From: Mizuhopecten yessoensis
Lineage: Eukaryota
Reading direction: 5' to 3'
Length of the DNA: 64,000 nucleotides
Assembly: GCF_002113885.1 (NCBI RefSeq)
Contig: NW_018408729.1
Location: 233,213-297,212, forward strand
In this document: positions 1 through 11,478 of the stretch, in pieces
Position numbering within the stretch: position 1 is the first letter of the stretch
Layout: every line of letters starts with the position of its first letter
The notes under the pieces: model-generated
Told to the model about the DNA's origin: nothing
What the model saw: only the letters and a program-made list of their open reading frames with translations
The model's database searches: none
Position numbers and translations under genes: made by a program

Positions 1-293
1 TAATGATAAGGTCCTGTATATCTCTACAACACTGCATTAGATATGGGTGGGCTTATTACAAGGCCTGAGTTTATTGCCAGGTAGATGAATAACTCAAAAA
101 CTCATCACCTTGCTGTAGCGTTAATCAGTACATTATCAAAAAATCAAATTAAAGAGACACATTTTGTTGTGGGCCACAATAGATAATGATTAGGTCCTAA
201 TTTTCAAATGACTGGAGCGAACACTTACTCAAATGACAAATATTTGGTGTCGACATTTGTTTAAAATTAATCGTGGTTTGAGCAGAGACTTAC

Positions 294-441
294 GGTCATG
301 GCCTGTGGTGGCCACAATGTGACTGATCGGTGACGTATCACATCCGAGAATGGCGCCGGCGTGATAGGTAAACATCTTCTCCGGGGCCAGGGAGGTATGA
401 GAGAAGGACAGGTCCAGCTTCCATATACCACCGTTAGCATC
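294..441 (-). CDS. CFAP44: CFAP44 (WDR52) coding exon 10; gene continues beyond the left edge of the window
   Basis: tag acceptor and gtaagt donor, phase 0-1. Encodes DANGGIWKLDLSFSHTSLAPEKMFTYHAGAILGCDTSPISHIVATTGHD, matching the recalled CFAP44 segment DANGAIWKLDLSFSNI. Confidence 0.93.
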
Positions 442-1204
442 CTAGAACGGAACATGGCAGAACTTACGCTAGACATTTTACCTAGGCTGAATGATTTGAT
501 GAATTAGGAAATGTGCTAATGTTTCACAATACTTTGCTACGGTGGTTTTGGACGAGCACCACTCAAACAGACAAGCCCAGAGCTCTGTCCACATCCAAAA
601 TAAACCTATCATCATATGATAGTAAATTCTATATTGTCCAAATACATCTATATATATATGTATAATATAATGAAATTCTCTACAATACATTAATTTGTGA
701 AGAATTGGCAATATCAAAGAAATCATGACGTCAACCATTCTCGACAAGCATGGATTGGTCAGACCTAGGGTGTTTGTGTTGGAAGATTAATCAATATAGC
801 TATCTCTATAGTAAAAATATGTGACACACACTCACGTAAGGTTATTATAAATTATTCTTTTGAATCTGGATATTAAATTATTGTCATTAAATCCTGCTAT
901 GTACATGGAAATCAATTTTGTTAATAGTAATAATGGAAATGTGTGTGTTCTGTCTCAGACTGTTACATAACTGAAGACCTGTTTAATTGTGTTACAATTC
1001 GGTGGTAAAAACAATTTAGCACCGACACAAGACTATGACTATCCCTATCAGTACAGACGAACAGCACCAAACCAAGGGTGACAAGGAACCCTGAGGTATG
1101 GACTCCAGACTCTGTACCTCAACACAGGTAACTTTTTGTATTAAATTTAACTGGTGGCTCATTTTTCTAAATGTTAGCTAAGTCTGGATGACCTGTGAAC
1201 CTAC

Positions 1205-1366
1205 CTGTGCGAACCAGAAGGTCATCTCTGTCTCAGCATCAAACGATTTACAGATGGACTGTAATTTGACACCCTCACCGACGCGGAGCTCATTCATCGG
1301 CTCCATCTCAAACATCCCTGTGTCATCTGTTGTGTCGGCCGTGTCAACACTCTCAAAGTCCCACAC
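1205..1366 (-). CDS. CFAP44: CFAP44 coding exon 9 (WD40 region)
   Basis: Encodes VWDFESVDTADTTDDTGMFEMEPMNEL...TFWFAQ; canonical splice sites; 162 nt, phase 0-0. Confidence 0.95.
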
Positions 1367-2029
1367 CTACAGACAAAGGCAAAAACTTAACTATCTAGGC
1401 GTAATCTCTTTTAAATCATGGTAATTTAAACAAAAACGATAACTAAATCTCCATCTAAATTTCCACTCTCTGGTTATTTAAACTTAAATTTACTTTCCCA
1501 TCCAATGGCTCCATTCCATTGAGTCAAACTAATAATTAACAATCTCACTTTTTTACCTGCATTCTAAATATGACACAACTTCCCGTTTTATTTATGAACG
1601 GAAAGACTTGATTATATGTAAAAGAGTTGATGAACAGTGAATGACATACTAGTGGTTTAAACTGTTTGTGCGGTGGACTGATTTCTGATTGATTGCTAGT
1701 TTACAACCTAAGGTTGTTGTGAATCCAATATTCAAACGTGGCTACACCTTAACAAGTGTCGTTGCTAATCATGTAAGCAGACAGTAGATGTATGGTGTTT
1801 TACTCAAACACGAAGGCTGTCTTCGTTTATAAAGACAGGTATGTTTAGTTATACAGGGGCAGATTTTGACATTGCATGTATTACGTACTGGGATATTTAC
1901 ATGGTTTACTGTTCAATAGCCCATAACTGCTGACAAATGAAAAACATTGTTACATCTGTGACGCGATACATTATCTAGATATATAGAACTTGTTTGTCTT
2001 TATCATCCTATCACTTTCACTGTAACAAC

Positions 2030-2309
2030 CTTGATAAAACCATCCTCTCCCACAGTCATCAGTTCTCCCTCGTCCAGCAGGATCTGCATGATGTTGCCGA
2101 CGTGACAGGGTTTCCTCCCTTTACAGGAAATCTCCACCTTGATGAGACCTCCTTCCCACAGCAACATGTTCCCCCATTCACATCCAGAAAGTACTTTTCC
2201 GTCCGGAAGCTCCACATATCCCTCCACATCGGAGATTTCTGTCTTGCCAAATTTACCAAGAGCTCCCTGAAGTTTCAAACCAGTGAAGGTGTCGGCCATT
2301 TTCCAAAAC
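2030..2309 (-). CDS. CFAP44: CFAP44 coding exon 8 (WD40 region)
   Basis: [60 protein letters not shown] is a hallmark CFAP44 segment; 280 nt, phase 2-0. Confidence 0.96.
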
Positions 2310-2578
2310 CTGAAAATTAAAAAAATAATCAAGAATACAAAAATACAATTTTTAGTTTGATTTTATACTATCCAGAAAGACTATAGAGAAAGTGAGCACA
2401 GCTCAGAATACTCCTAGCACCCTGCTGGATCTGTAGGTAACTGCTTAAATACTCCTGCTAGGAGTCATGTAGAGAGTCAGAGAGAACCATAGGCCGTACA
2501 GATATGATAAACAGATTTATTTTGTTTATTGATGCATTGTGTGATATATAAACTCAAGTAATCTGATTTTCATGGGCT

Positions 2579-2736
2579 TGTAGTAGGACGAGGAATAGTG
2601 ATAAAGATAGTGCCGTCACTGAGGCTCGAACCTGTGACCCTTGGCTCTCTAGCTCGATGCTCTACCTCTGAGCTAAAAGGGAAATTCCCTACAGCTCACA
2701 CTTGTAAGGCAACCTAAGTAATCCACATCTTTTACA
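2579..2736 (-). mobile_element. Solo LTR (158 bp) containing a tRNA-derived Pol III promoter (Ajax/bivalve TRIM-like)
   Basis: Minus strand reads TGTAAAAG...CTACTACA. Flanks ggct/gtct form a 4-bp TSD with 1 mismatch. Internal A box TAGCTCAGAGGTAGAGC and B box GGTTCGAGCC. Same layout as the LTR at 16554. Confidence 0.7.
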
Positions 2737-2915
2737 GTCTGATTATGTTGTCTTATCTCGAAAGGAAAAAAGAAAGTGAACACTCATCTCATTAGACTCA
2801 AAAATAAAAATGACTTTTGTCACAGACTGACGATGACCAGATATCATAATGATAACTGTGATGATTTATCAAAATTAAGATATTTCATCCCGTCTTGGTC
2901 TGATGACCTACTTAC

Positions 2916-3095
2916 CTTATATGGGTTGTTCCGGCAGTGGTCAGTTGACCTTCCAGCTCTGTGGAGAAGGTTGCGCGGAAGACGTCCTGAGAGAAAGCCT
3001 TTGACCGAAGGACGGTCATCTCCTCTCGCCACCGCCAAACGGTCAACATGAAGTCGGGGTTACCTCCCTGAGAGGCTAGCAGCTCACCGTCAGAG
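2916..3095 (-). CDS. CFAP44: CFAP44 coding exon 7
   Basis: Encodes SDGELLASQGGNPDFMLTVWRWREEMTVLRSKAFSQDVFRATFSTELEGQLTTAGTTHIR; 180 nt, phase 2-2, canonical splice sites. Confidence 0.95.
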
Positions 3096-3304
3096 CTAAA
3101 ATATAAAAGACAAGCTTAGTTCTTAGTTCCAGCTACTATTAGTCCAGACTACTCTCCAGTGATTATGCTATCTGGGTATTTTATAATAACTGAACTAATG
3201 AATTTAAATGTGTGATTTTAACAATTTTCACTTTAAACATTAATTATAACTTATAATGAATTTATAAATCTATGAAATACTGTATACTATTTCCCCCGAC
3301 TGAC

Positions 3305-3444
3305 CTGAAGTCGACGTAGGAGTAGGATTTTTCTGTTCCTCCCCTCAGGATGCGGTGTAACTTGAGGGATGGGTACTCAAATATGTTGATGTTCGGGGAC
3401 TGTCCTTTCTCAGCCACTGCAAAGAACTTCTTGCTCGGGTGGAC
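3305..3444 (-). CDS. CFAP44: CFAP44 coding exon 6
   Basis: Encodes [46 protein letters not shown]; 140 nt, phase 0-2. Confidence 0.95.
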
Positions 3445-3817
3445 CTGCAATACCAGAAAGTAACAGCAGTGAATCTTCCTGTCTTACTTTTAAAGATACA
3501 CATACACATTCAAATAGGAAAACTAATTTTGGAGAAATGTTAGTAAAAATATTTCAGTTCTACTTTGATATATACTCATATATTTTCAATTACCAGGTAG
3601 ATATAGGAAAATCGATTTTGAGGAAAAATAAGTGATTTTTTTTCACCAAAAAATATTGTTATTTGGTGATGCAATACATTCACATATAAAAAGCGTTGGT
3701 AAATAATTTGAACATTTTGATGAAATTCATTTTATATGATGTGAATACTTAAATCCATTTTTGCAAATATATATAGCGTACCATATGTAATTCAGTAAAT
3801 TAAATCATTGTACTGAC

Positions 3818-3980
3818 CGTGAGGGCACCTATTCCCCCTCCACTTGTACTTCGCAGATATTTGTGTTCGCGAGTCTGCAGGTCTACCAGCTGAACAAGGT
3901 TTCCGGCAGCAAATATCACCGTTTTCTCATCAAGTAAGTGGAGATTGGCCCTCTTTGTACAGTCGTAGCCAAAAGAATAT
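3818..3980 (-). CDS. CFAP44: CFAP44 coding exon 5
   Basis: Encodes YSFGYDCTKRANLHLLDEKTVIFAAGNLVQLVDLQTREHKYLRSTSGGGIGALT (compare HSFGYDC.KRANL of CFAP44); 163 nt, phase 2-0. Confidence 0.95.
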
Positions 3981-5043
3981 CTGGGGGTCCAGTCAAGGAA
4001 ACTTAACTAATAACATAGATGACACAGGAAATTCTAGCCTGGATAATCCTATATATCTAATACATGAAATGTTCACGGGTAATTTCTTTTGTGGTTTGAA
4101 GCTATTTCGATTGTTTTGTAGCAAACATTCATGGGTATGCTGAATTAACGAACAGTATTCAAGTATATAAATTAAATTCATTGTACATTGTATATATTTT
4201 TGTGATTCAATAGCGACCGTGAAAACCACGAATATTTATACACAATTGGCCAAATTCAAGAAGGACATTAAACCTCACCTCTTCACGTCTGCATTTTAGG
4301 CTCTTTGCACAGACATCATGTACATACCACCCTTTATTTATTCATGTACATACCACCCTTTATTTATTCATTTATGTGCACTTTGAGATGATTATCTACT
4401 TGCTTAATGTATAATGGTGATTGTAAGCCTTTTTTGTTTAACAATTATAACTAATACTATTATCCATATGTTGTAAAGCGCTTTAGAGTAATTCTACAAA
4501 TTATATAGGGGCGCTATATAAGTGTTGTATATATTGTTATTATTACAATGAACATTTCGTGTTATACAGTACAACATGATTGGAACAGACTGTGTCCATA
4601 TTCATGAAACCATACTCAGGCTTAAGAATGGATTCTTTGTTCAAACCAACTTTTTGGTAATTTGCTTAAATCATGTGATATGGTCAAAAAGTCATGTGTT
4701 AAGTTTAAAAACAGTATTTCCGCTTTCAGTCCCTCCAAATTGCTTCCAAATGTTTGACAAAACGTAAATTTTAATTTTTGTTCATTCATGGCCGGAACAA
4801 GAAATCGAGCTTTGGCCAAGTTTGAGCATTTGTTCATTAAAACATATTTTATTGACATTAAACAGTCAAAGGGATCGGGTGCAAGTTCTTACAACTTACT
4901 AGCCCCTCTCCCAAGTTTGAGCATGGTAATGGTATTATCATAACCTGAGCCCTGACACTGTACATCAAAATGAAGACACGTTTTCCTACTAAGCTGTGCG
5001 AGTCACCACATGAGGGAGTGACAGAGCGAGTAAGTAAGGATAC
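3981..5043 (-). other. U12-type (minor spliceosome) GT-AG intron of CFAP44
   Basis: Donor GTATCCTT (5043-5036); branch site TTTCCTTGAC (4001-3992) with the branch A 13 nt from the 3' end; only a short C run instead of an extended pyrimidine tract; the two exons join in frame. Confidence 0.92.
4246..4545 (+). mobile_element. 5'-truncated L2-clade LINE 3' end
   Basis: LAKFKKDIKPHLFTSAF* resembles the L2 ORF2 C-terminus. The 3' UTR has gtaaagcgcttt...gcgctatataagt and a (tta)n tail. Confidence 0.65.
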
Positions 5044-5209
5044 TGGAGTGACAACATGTCCTCTGGGAGCCCGCAATCTTCTGTCATCACAGGCTTAGAT
5101 GTCATTTTGTCAAGGTCGTAGAAGAAGTCAGCAGGGATGCCTTTCTCCTTTTCTTCTGTCTCTTTGTTCTCCTCTGCTGCTTCTTCGTTCACCTCTACCT
5201 GCGCTTCCT
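5044..5209 (-). CDS. CFAP44: CFAP44 coding exon 4
   Basis: Encodes EEAQVEVNEE...GIPADFFYDLDKMTSKPVMTEDCGLPEDMLSLQ, where the conserved region (FFYD motif) begins; 166 nt, phase 1-2. Confidence 0.92.
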
Positions 5210-5821
5210 CTGTAACACCAACATAGAAACTTTTATAAAGGAAAATGAAAGAGTTTGCAATAACGTCTGCCTGTAAAATGCCAGTTAAATAAAGTATGGG
5301 TAGGTATTCATTTTAAAACTTGTGAGAAATTAAAAAAATTGTAATCATTCTTAATTCTAGGTTATCATATGACCATCATCATGTGGTAACATTTTTATCA
5401 TATACTGCTTATGACATCAAAATTGTTAGCAATAGCAAATAAAACAGATAGAAAGTATGACTATAACCTCATTCTACCTTAAATAAATCATAACGAACAG
5501 AATAACAAATTCAGAGGAGTATCCAGTGTGTACACTAACAGTGAGGTGTGATTATTCTGAAGAATGTTGAACAAAAAGTTAGACAGATATGGTGTGTGCC
5601 GGGATATTGCCTATACACAACTAGTTTTGTTACACATACAAAACAAGACATATCATTCACGAGTATATGATAAAATGATTGTTATTATATGAAATGGGGA
5701 ATATAGAGTAACATCTAAGGAATTTGATCTAAAATATGCCGCTAAAGTAATGCTAGATAATATCTGATGATGCTATTGTTTAAAGAGTTCCTCACAACAG
5801 ATATAAACATTGGTGACTTAC

Positions 5822-6805
5822 CTTTGCCCTCACTCTCAGCAGCATTGTTAGTTTCATCGCCTGGTTTGTCCATCACAACTGACTCTTGCTGTTCAGCATC
5901 CTGTGTTTGTTCAGGAGCCTTCTCCCCCTCAACAGGTTTGTCACCACTACCATCTTCTGGAGCTTTTTCTCCTTCCTGTGCTTGTTCTGGAGCTTTTTCT
6001 CCTTCCTGTGCTTGTTCAGGGGCCTTTTCTCCTTCCTGTGCTTGTTCAGGGGCCTTTTCACCTTCTTGAGCTTGTTCAGGGACCTTTTCACCTTCCTGTG
6101 ATTGTTCAGGGGCCTTTTCACTTTCTTGTCCTTGTTCAGGGGCCTTTTCTCCTTCCTGTGCTTGTTCAGGGGCCTTTTCTCCTTCCTTTGCCTGCTCAGA
6201 GGGCTTTTCTCCTTCTTGTGCCGGTTCAGGGGCCTTTTCTCCTTGTTGTGCCTGTTCTGGGGCCTTTTCTCCTTCCTGCACTTGTTCAGGAGCAGTTTCT
6301 CCCTCTGATAGCTTGTCACCTTCTGGTGCCTTTTCAGTCTCACCTGGGGTCTTTTCTGTTCCTTCTTCTCCTTCTGTCTTTTCAGCTACTTTAACATTTT
6401 CCTCAACCTTTTCTTCTGTTGTTTGTTTTGGTGCTTCCTCTCCTGTTTTAGGCGACTCCTCTGTTTGTCCAGGGGTTGTTTCTGCTTGTTCTTGCGGTTT
6501 TTCTTCTGTTGTTGGTTTCTCTTCTGCCTGTTCTGGAGCTTTTTCTGCTTCTTGTTCCGGAGCCTTTGCCGCTTCCTGTTCTGGAGCCTTTTCCGCTTCC
6601 TGCTCCGGAGCCTTTTCCGCTTCCTGATCCGGAGCCTTTTCTGCTTCTTGTTCCGGAGCCTTTCCCGCTTCCTGTTCTGGAGCCTTTTCCGCTTCCTGTT
6701 CAGGAGCCTTTTCCGCTTCCTGCTCCGGAGCCTTTTCCGCTTCCTGCTCCGGAGCCTTATTCTCTACCAGAGGTGGTTCCGATGTTGGTTCTCCACCTGT
6801 TGCTT
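5822..6805 (-). CDS. CFAP44: CFAP44 coding exon 3: 328-codon Glu/Lys/Pro/Ala/Gln-rich repeat exon
   Basis: Open frame between a ttag acceptor and a gtaagt donor; 984 nt, phase 1-1, in frame with its neighbours; KAPEQEAE and EKAPEQAQEG repeats. Confidence 0.85.
5900..6300 (-). repeat. Coding 30-bp tandem repeat (EKAPEQAQEG, ~12 copies)
   Basis: Plus-strand unit ggccttttctccttcctgtgcttgttcagg repeats with a 30-nt period. Confidence 0.9.
6527..6758 (-). repeat. Coding 24-bp tandem repeat (KAPEQEAE, ~9-10 copies)
   Basis: Plus-strand unit ggagccttttccgcttcctgctcc repeats with a 24-nt period. Confidence 0.9.
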
Positions 6806-8114
6806 CTAACGAACAAAAGAAATGATTTATAAGCAAAGTTGTGTTGTATGATGTTTAAAGCCTTATTCATATATATCTGTTATCTTCATAAAAAAAAATG
6901 TTCCAACTCACATATTTAATTCAAAGAATTAAAAGGAAAACCTTTTTATCCTCATTTTTTTTACCTTTGAATGTAATGAGCAGAAAAGTTAGCTTGACCC
7001 TTATATATTTTACATTAAAACCCTTTGCTAGAATATGACTAGTAGGTATTTTTTCTAAAAGGAATGTAAATTATAATTTACAGTTAAAAAGGACAGCAAT
7101 CTAGACAACATTTCGATAAAAAGTTTACATGTATGACAGGTTGTAGTTGTACAGACCTGACGTAGCACTACGTAGTGAGGAGTATACGTGTGAAAAGTGA
7201 TTGATAACATGCAACGAGCATCAGAAGTTTTACCGATTCAATACATCATAGATCATTTAAAACATTTCACATCAAACCAGATCCTCCTGAGTTGCCAATT
7301 CCAACTTACATCCTTATAATGACCCCGTATAATATCAATTATGGTCTCTGGAAAAGTACTCTATGAACTCAAAGGTTCAAAGGTATTCTACTAGTACCTA
7401 TATAACTGACGATAGTTCCTGTTGTATATGTAGTGAACGCGTTCAGTGTAATAATCCCTCGACAGAGATCTGGGGCGTCGGGTTAACTTTTAACACATTT
7501 TAACCTAATTCTGTCCATTAGTAAGGGTAATGAATGTACAGGAACAGAGTTTCTCTGGGGACTTACGTCACTAAGGTCATGTGAACATCTCATTGTATTT
7601 ATTTGGGATATATATGTTCATGAAGTTTTAACAGTTTAAGCTCAAGATATTGGGTCAATTTAAAACAATCATCATTGTACAGACAACCACAGAAGTAGTA
7701 AAACCCTGGTCGTATCACGTTTACGTTACTAGACTTTGAAGTCTGACAATATTACAATACACATTCTATATTTTCATAACACATTTAAAATGTTGTAGGA
7801 TTTGACGAATTAAAAACTCGGAATTTATAATTAAATTTATTAAAAGTACAGTATGAGAAAACAACATGCAGTTTTACAACAGATAAAGCACACATTTTCA
7901 TGCAATTGTCAGCTTAGAACATGCAGCTGTGACATACAAAAAAAAGACAATGTTCCGACCTCTACTCCTCCAGACAGAATTACTTAGTCAAACTGACATA
8001 CAAAACTAAAACAACATTACCCTCCACCCTACCCCACCCTCCCGTACCTCCCCTCCTGTCAATACCACAAAGTCAGCCCAGCAAAGGGCAGCTATGACAT
8101 ATACCAGTGACAAG

Positions 8115-8778
8115 CACACCCTTCAACTCCTATCCTCCTAAGCCCCTCCACCCCACCCCTATCCACCTCCATTCCTATCCTCCTAAGATCCTCCACCTCT
8201 ACCCACCTCCATCCTCCCACTCATATCCTCCTTAGATCCTCCACTCCACCTCTATCCACCTCCATTCTCCCACTCCTATCCGCCTTAGATCCTCCACTCC
8301 AGCCCTCCCCACCTCCACCCTCCCACTCCTATCCTCCTAAGCCCCTCCACCCCACCTCTACCCACCTCCATTCCTATCCTCCTAAGATCCTCCACCTCTA
8401 CCCACCTCCATCCTCCCACTCCTATCCTCCTTAGATCCTCCCCTCCACCTCTACCCACCTCCATCCTCCCACTCATATCCTCCTTAGATCCTCCACTCCA
8501 CCTCTATCCACCTCCATTCTCCCACTCCTATCCTCCTTAGATCCTCCACTCCACCTCTCCCCACCTCCACCCTCCCACTCCTATCCTCCTTAGATCCTCC
8601 ACTCCACCTCTATCCACCTCCATCCTCCCACTCCTATCCTCTTTAGATCCTCCACTCCACCTCTACCCACCTCCATCCTCCCACTCCTATCCTCCTTAAA
8701 TCCTCCACTCCACCCCTACCCACCTCCATCCTCCCACTCTTATCCTCCTAAGCCCCTCCACCCCTACCCACCTCCATC
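8115..8778. repeat. C/T-rich minisatellite, ~53-bp unit, ~12 copies
   Basis: agatcctcc recurs at 8433, 8486, 8539, 8592 and 8645. Confidence 0.9.
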
Positions 8779-10572
8779 CAGATAGTATTACTGTGTNAAA
8801 CCAGCACAGAACATGCAGCTGACATACTAAAACAGTGACAACATGCCTTCTGCCACACTCCTTAAACCTTCCTCTCTCTCAACAGCATGACTGTGTCATC
8901 CCAGCGAAGGACATGCATCTTTGATGTATACAAATGTGACATGCTGCCACCCCACTGTACCAGATCAGTGATCGTACAGGCTACAACATTGAAGTGACAG
9001 GGTGGACAGAAACTAGACTCCATTGTCTCAAAATTACTTGTCAATTTGTCTCAAAACTGCTTTTGTACTTCCATAGTTTCACTGTCAATTTAATAATGAC
9101 TTTCAATTATTACATCACATATCATCTTCCTTAAAACAGAGTTTTAAATTTTATATTTAAGTACCAAATGAACATGTGATTGAAATATTTCAAAGGCATA
9201 TTAAATAAAAAAACGAAAGTTGAAGGTACAAAAGCAAATGGTTACTTTGGGAAAGGTTTGGGTGGGTAGTAAAAAACACTTATGGTTTAAACCACAGGGT
9301 CCTCAAATCTTTTCAAGTAGATACATTTACTTATTTTTTTGTTTTATAAAAAATACATTTATTGCACTTGGCAGACATGAATGGAACCTCAAGAAGACAG
9401 TTATAATCATACATTCTGTCTCTTGTCAGCAAATTTAATTTGATGAAACCAAATTTAACACCAAATTTTGTATATATATGTCTGTCACATTTAACAATAA
9501 GTCTGTGGTTTATCTGACAGCATTGTATCTAGTGGGGGTCACACACAGGGATAGATCTATATTTACCACACAGAGATCTACTGGTACCATAATCTACAAA
9601 CCTCACAGTCAATGATCTGGTGCGACGTAGTGGGGTAAATCACAGGTTGTACAATTCCACTGGCCTAACCATGACAAATGCCATACATTTTTTTGTCACT
9701 GCTAGCGATATATTTTTTTAATTTAGGTTCGGTTAGTTGAATATTTCAAAATTGGTTTACTGTCTAAGTATGAAATTGTACACCTTTGATTCATTTCTAA
9801 ACTAGCAAACAAATACAATATTTGATAGAAAACAAAAAGATAAAACTATAAAATCCTTTTGTTTACTGACATTCTTGCCAAAGTTTCAATTTTTCATTTG
9901 GAAGGAATTCAAAAATGTCTAAAAGTCACTTACAATGACCCCGATTTGATGCAATGTACAAATTAGCGAGTTTCTGCCCAAATAAGGAAACTTGGCTAGT
10001 ATGTCATTGTACACGATATTCATGTTCAATGATTAATTATAAATCATATTTATGTAGAAATGAAATGAAATGGATGTTCAGCTATTAAGTCATAAAGAAA
10101 ATACCAAACTTTTACTGATAATTTATTTCACTATGACAGAAACTTCTGAAAGGTGACTTGCATAAAAAAAAAGATTTAAAGACCAAAATATCAAGCAACA
10201 TAATATCTGTTTCACTTCAAGGGTGATATTTTTCAGGATCAGTGAAAAATGGAAACAATTGAAAATTAAATAATGAATTAAATTAAACATATTGTAGCAT
10301 TTCTGGGAAAAGTCTTCAAAATTTGAGGGTTATATTGAAGATTGGTGTATGATCAAAAATTATCATTGAACATGAACAGAATGTATTTATACCAAACAGC
10401 TTAAAACTAATGATACATAATATGTGAAATTTGTTGTGGACATGCAAAGTAGTCTGAAATATCAAAGAGTGGATTGAGATGAAAGCATTGAAGATTTTCA
10501 GAAGATGTCTAAGGGCCTGAAGAGAACAGAATGCTAGGCGGTGCACAGATGTGGAGCACAGAGTCGCAATAC

Positions 10573-11478
10573 CTCCCGATTGTCCCGCCTTAACAGCAAC
10601 TTCTTGTGTTCCTAAATGTGTGGGAACAATGTCCTCCTCAACCAACGTTGCTTCACGAGAAACCTTTGGTGACACGACTTCGTCTGTTGATGGGGCGACC
10701 ATGTCCAGGTTCTCATCGAGAGTCGGCTCCCGAGACATTTCCTGGGCCGTCATCTGGACCACTCCTAAACTCTGCTGAACCCTGCTCTCTTGCACTTCCG
10801 GAGTTTTGTCATCTCTTACCGTATCAACTATTACTTCTTCAGTGATGGTTACCTTCTTTTCTGATCTTTCTCCCGGGCTCTTCTCCATCATTTCCACCAT
10901 ATTTAGGATCTCCGTCTCTGCCAGTCCAGAAACGTCGCCGGTGGTGATGATTTGTTTTTCAATCGTCTCCACGTCTGCTTCAGTGGTGATGATCTGCCTA
11001 CTGATGGTGTCGATATCGACGGAGGTCGAGGTTACGACTCGTGTCTGCGGCACCCTCTCCCTGCTCAGACTGCTCCGTTCAATCTCCAGTACAGGCGTAT
11101 TAGATGCACTATCCCATTCCTGAAGATCAACCGAATTTTCTACAACATGTTCAGTATCCAGTACCATCTTCTCTTCAATAGACACGTCACTCTTCTCCTC
11201 AATCATTACAGCCACTGTATCAGTTTTTTGTATTTCTGATACCTCACCAGACTGAGTAGTTCTCTGTCTAGGACTACTCCTTCTGCTTGCTGGTTTTTCA
11301 CCTTCTGGAGGTTTAGGTATCTGAGTTCCTGGTGGAAGGGGAGTCCCCTCTCCCCCAGAGTCTGACGATGCCATTGCCTCTTGGCGCAGCCTGTATCTAC
11401 GAAGAGCCTCCTCTTTTAAATGTGAGGTGGCCTCTTTTAAATTCCGTGACTTACGACCCTCATTGCCTGAGCCTGATG
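10573..11478 (-). CDS. CFAP44: CFAP44 large exon 2 (302 codons; acidic, Thr/Val-rich; possibly alternative)
   Basis: Long open frame (ORF 10316-11374 plus 41 open codons upstream). Phase-1 acceptor ctccag at 11479-80, with an alternative at 11497-98, and phase-1 donor GAG|gtattg. In frame with exons 1 and 3. The exact 5' boundary is uncertain. Confidence 0.65.

Noticed and set aside
2610-2680. tRNA gene (A/B boxes; also at 16612-16690 and 36685-36755)
   Set aside because: Acceptor and anticodon stems pair poorly, and each copy is embedded in an LTR or SINE.
5767-6832. Several overlapping ORFs on both strands
   Set aside because: Shadow frames of the repetitive CFAP44 exon.
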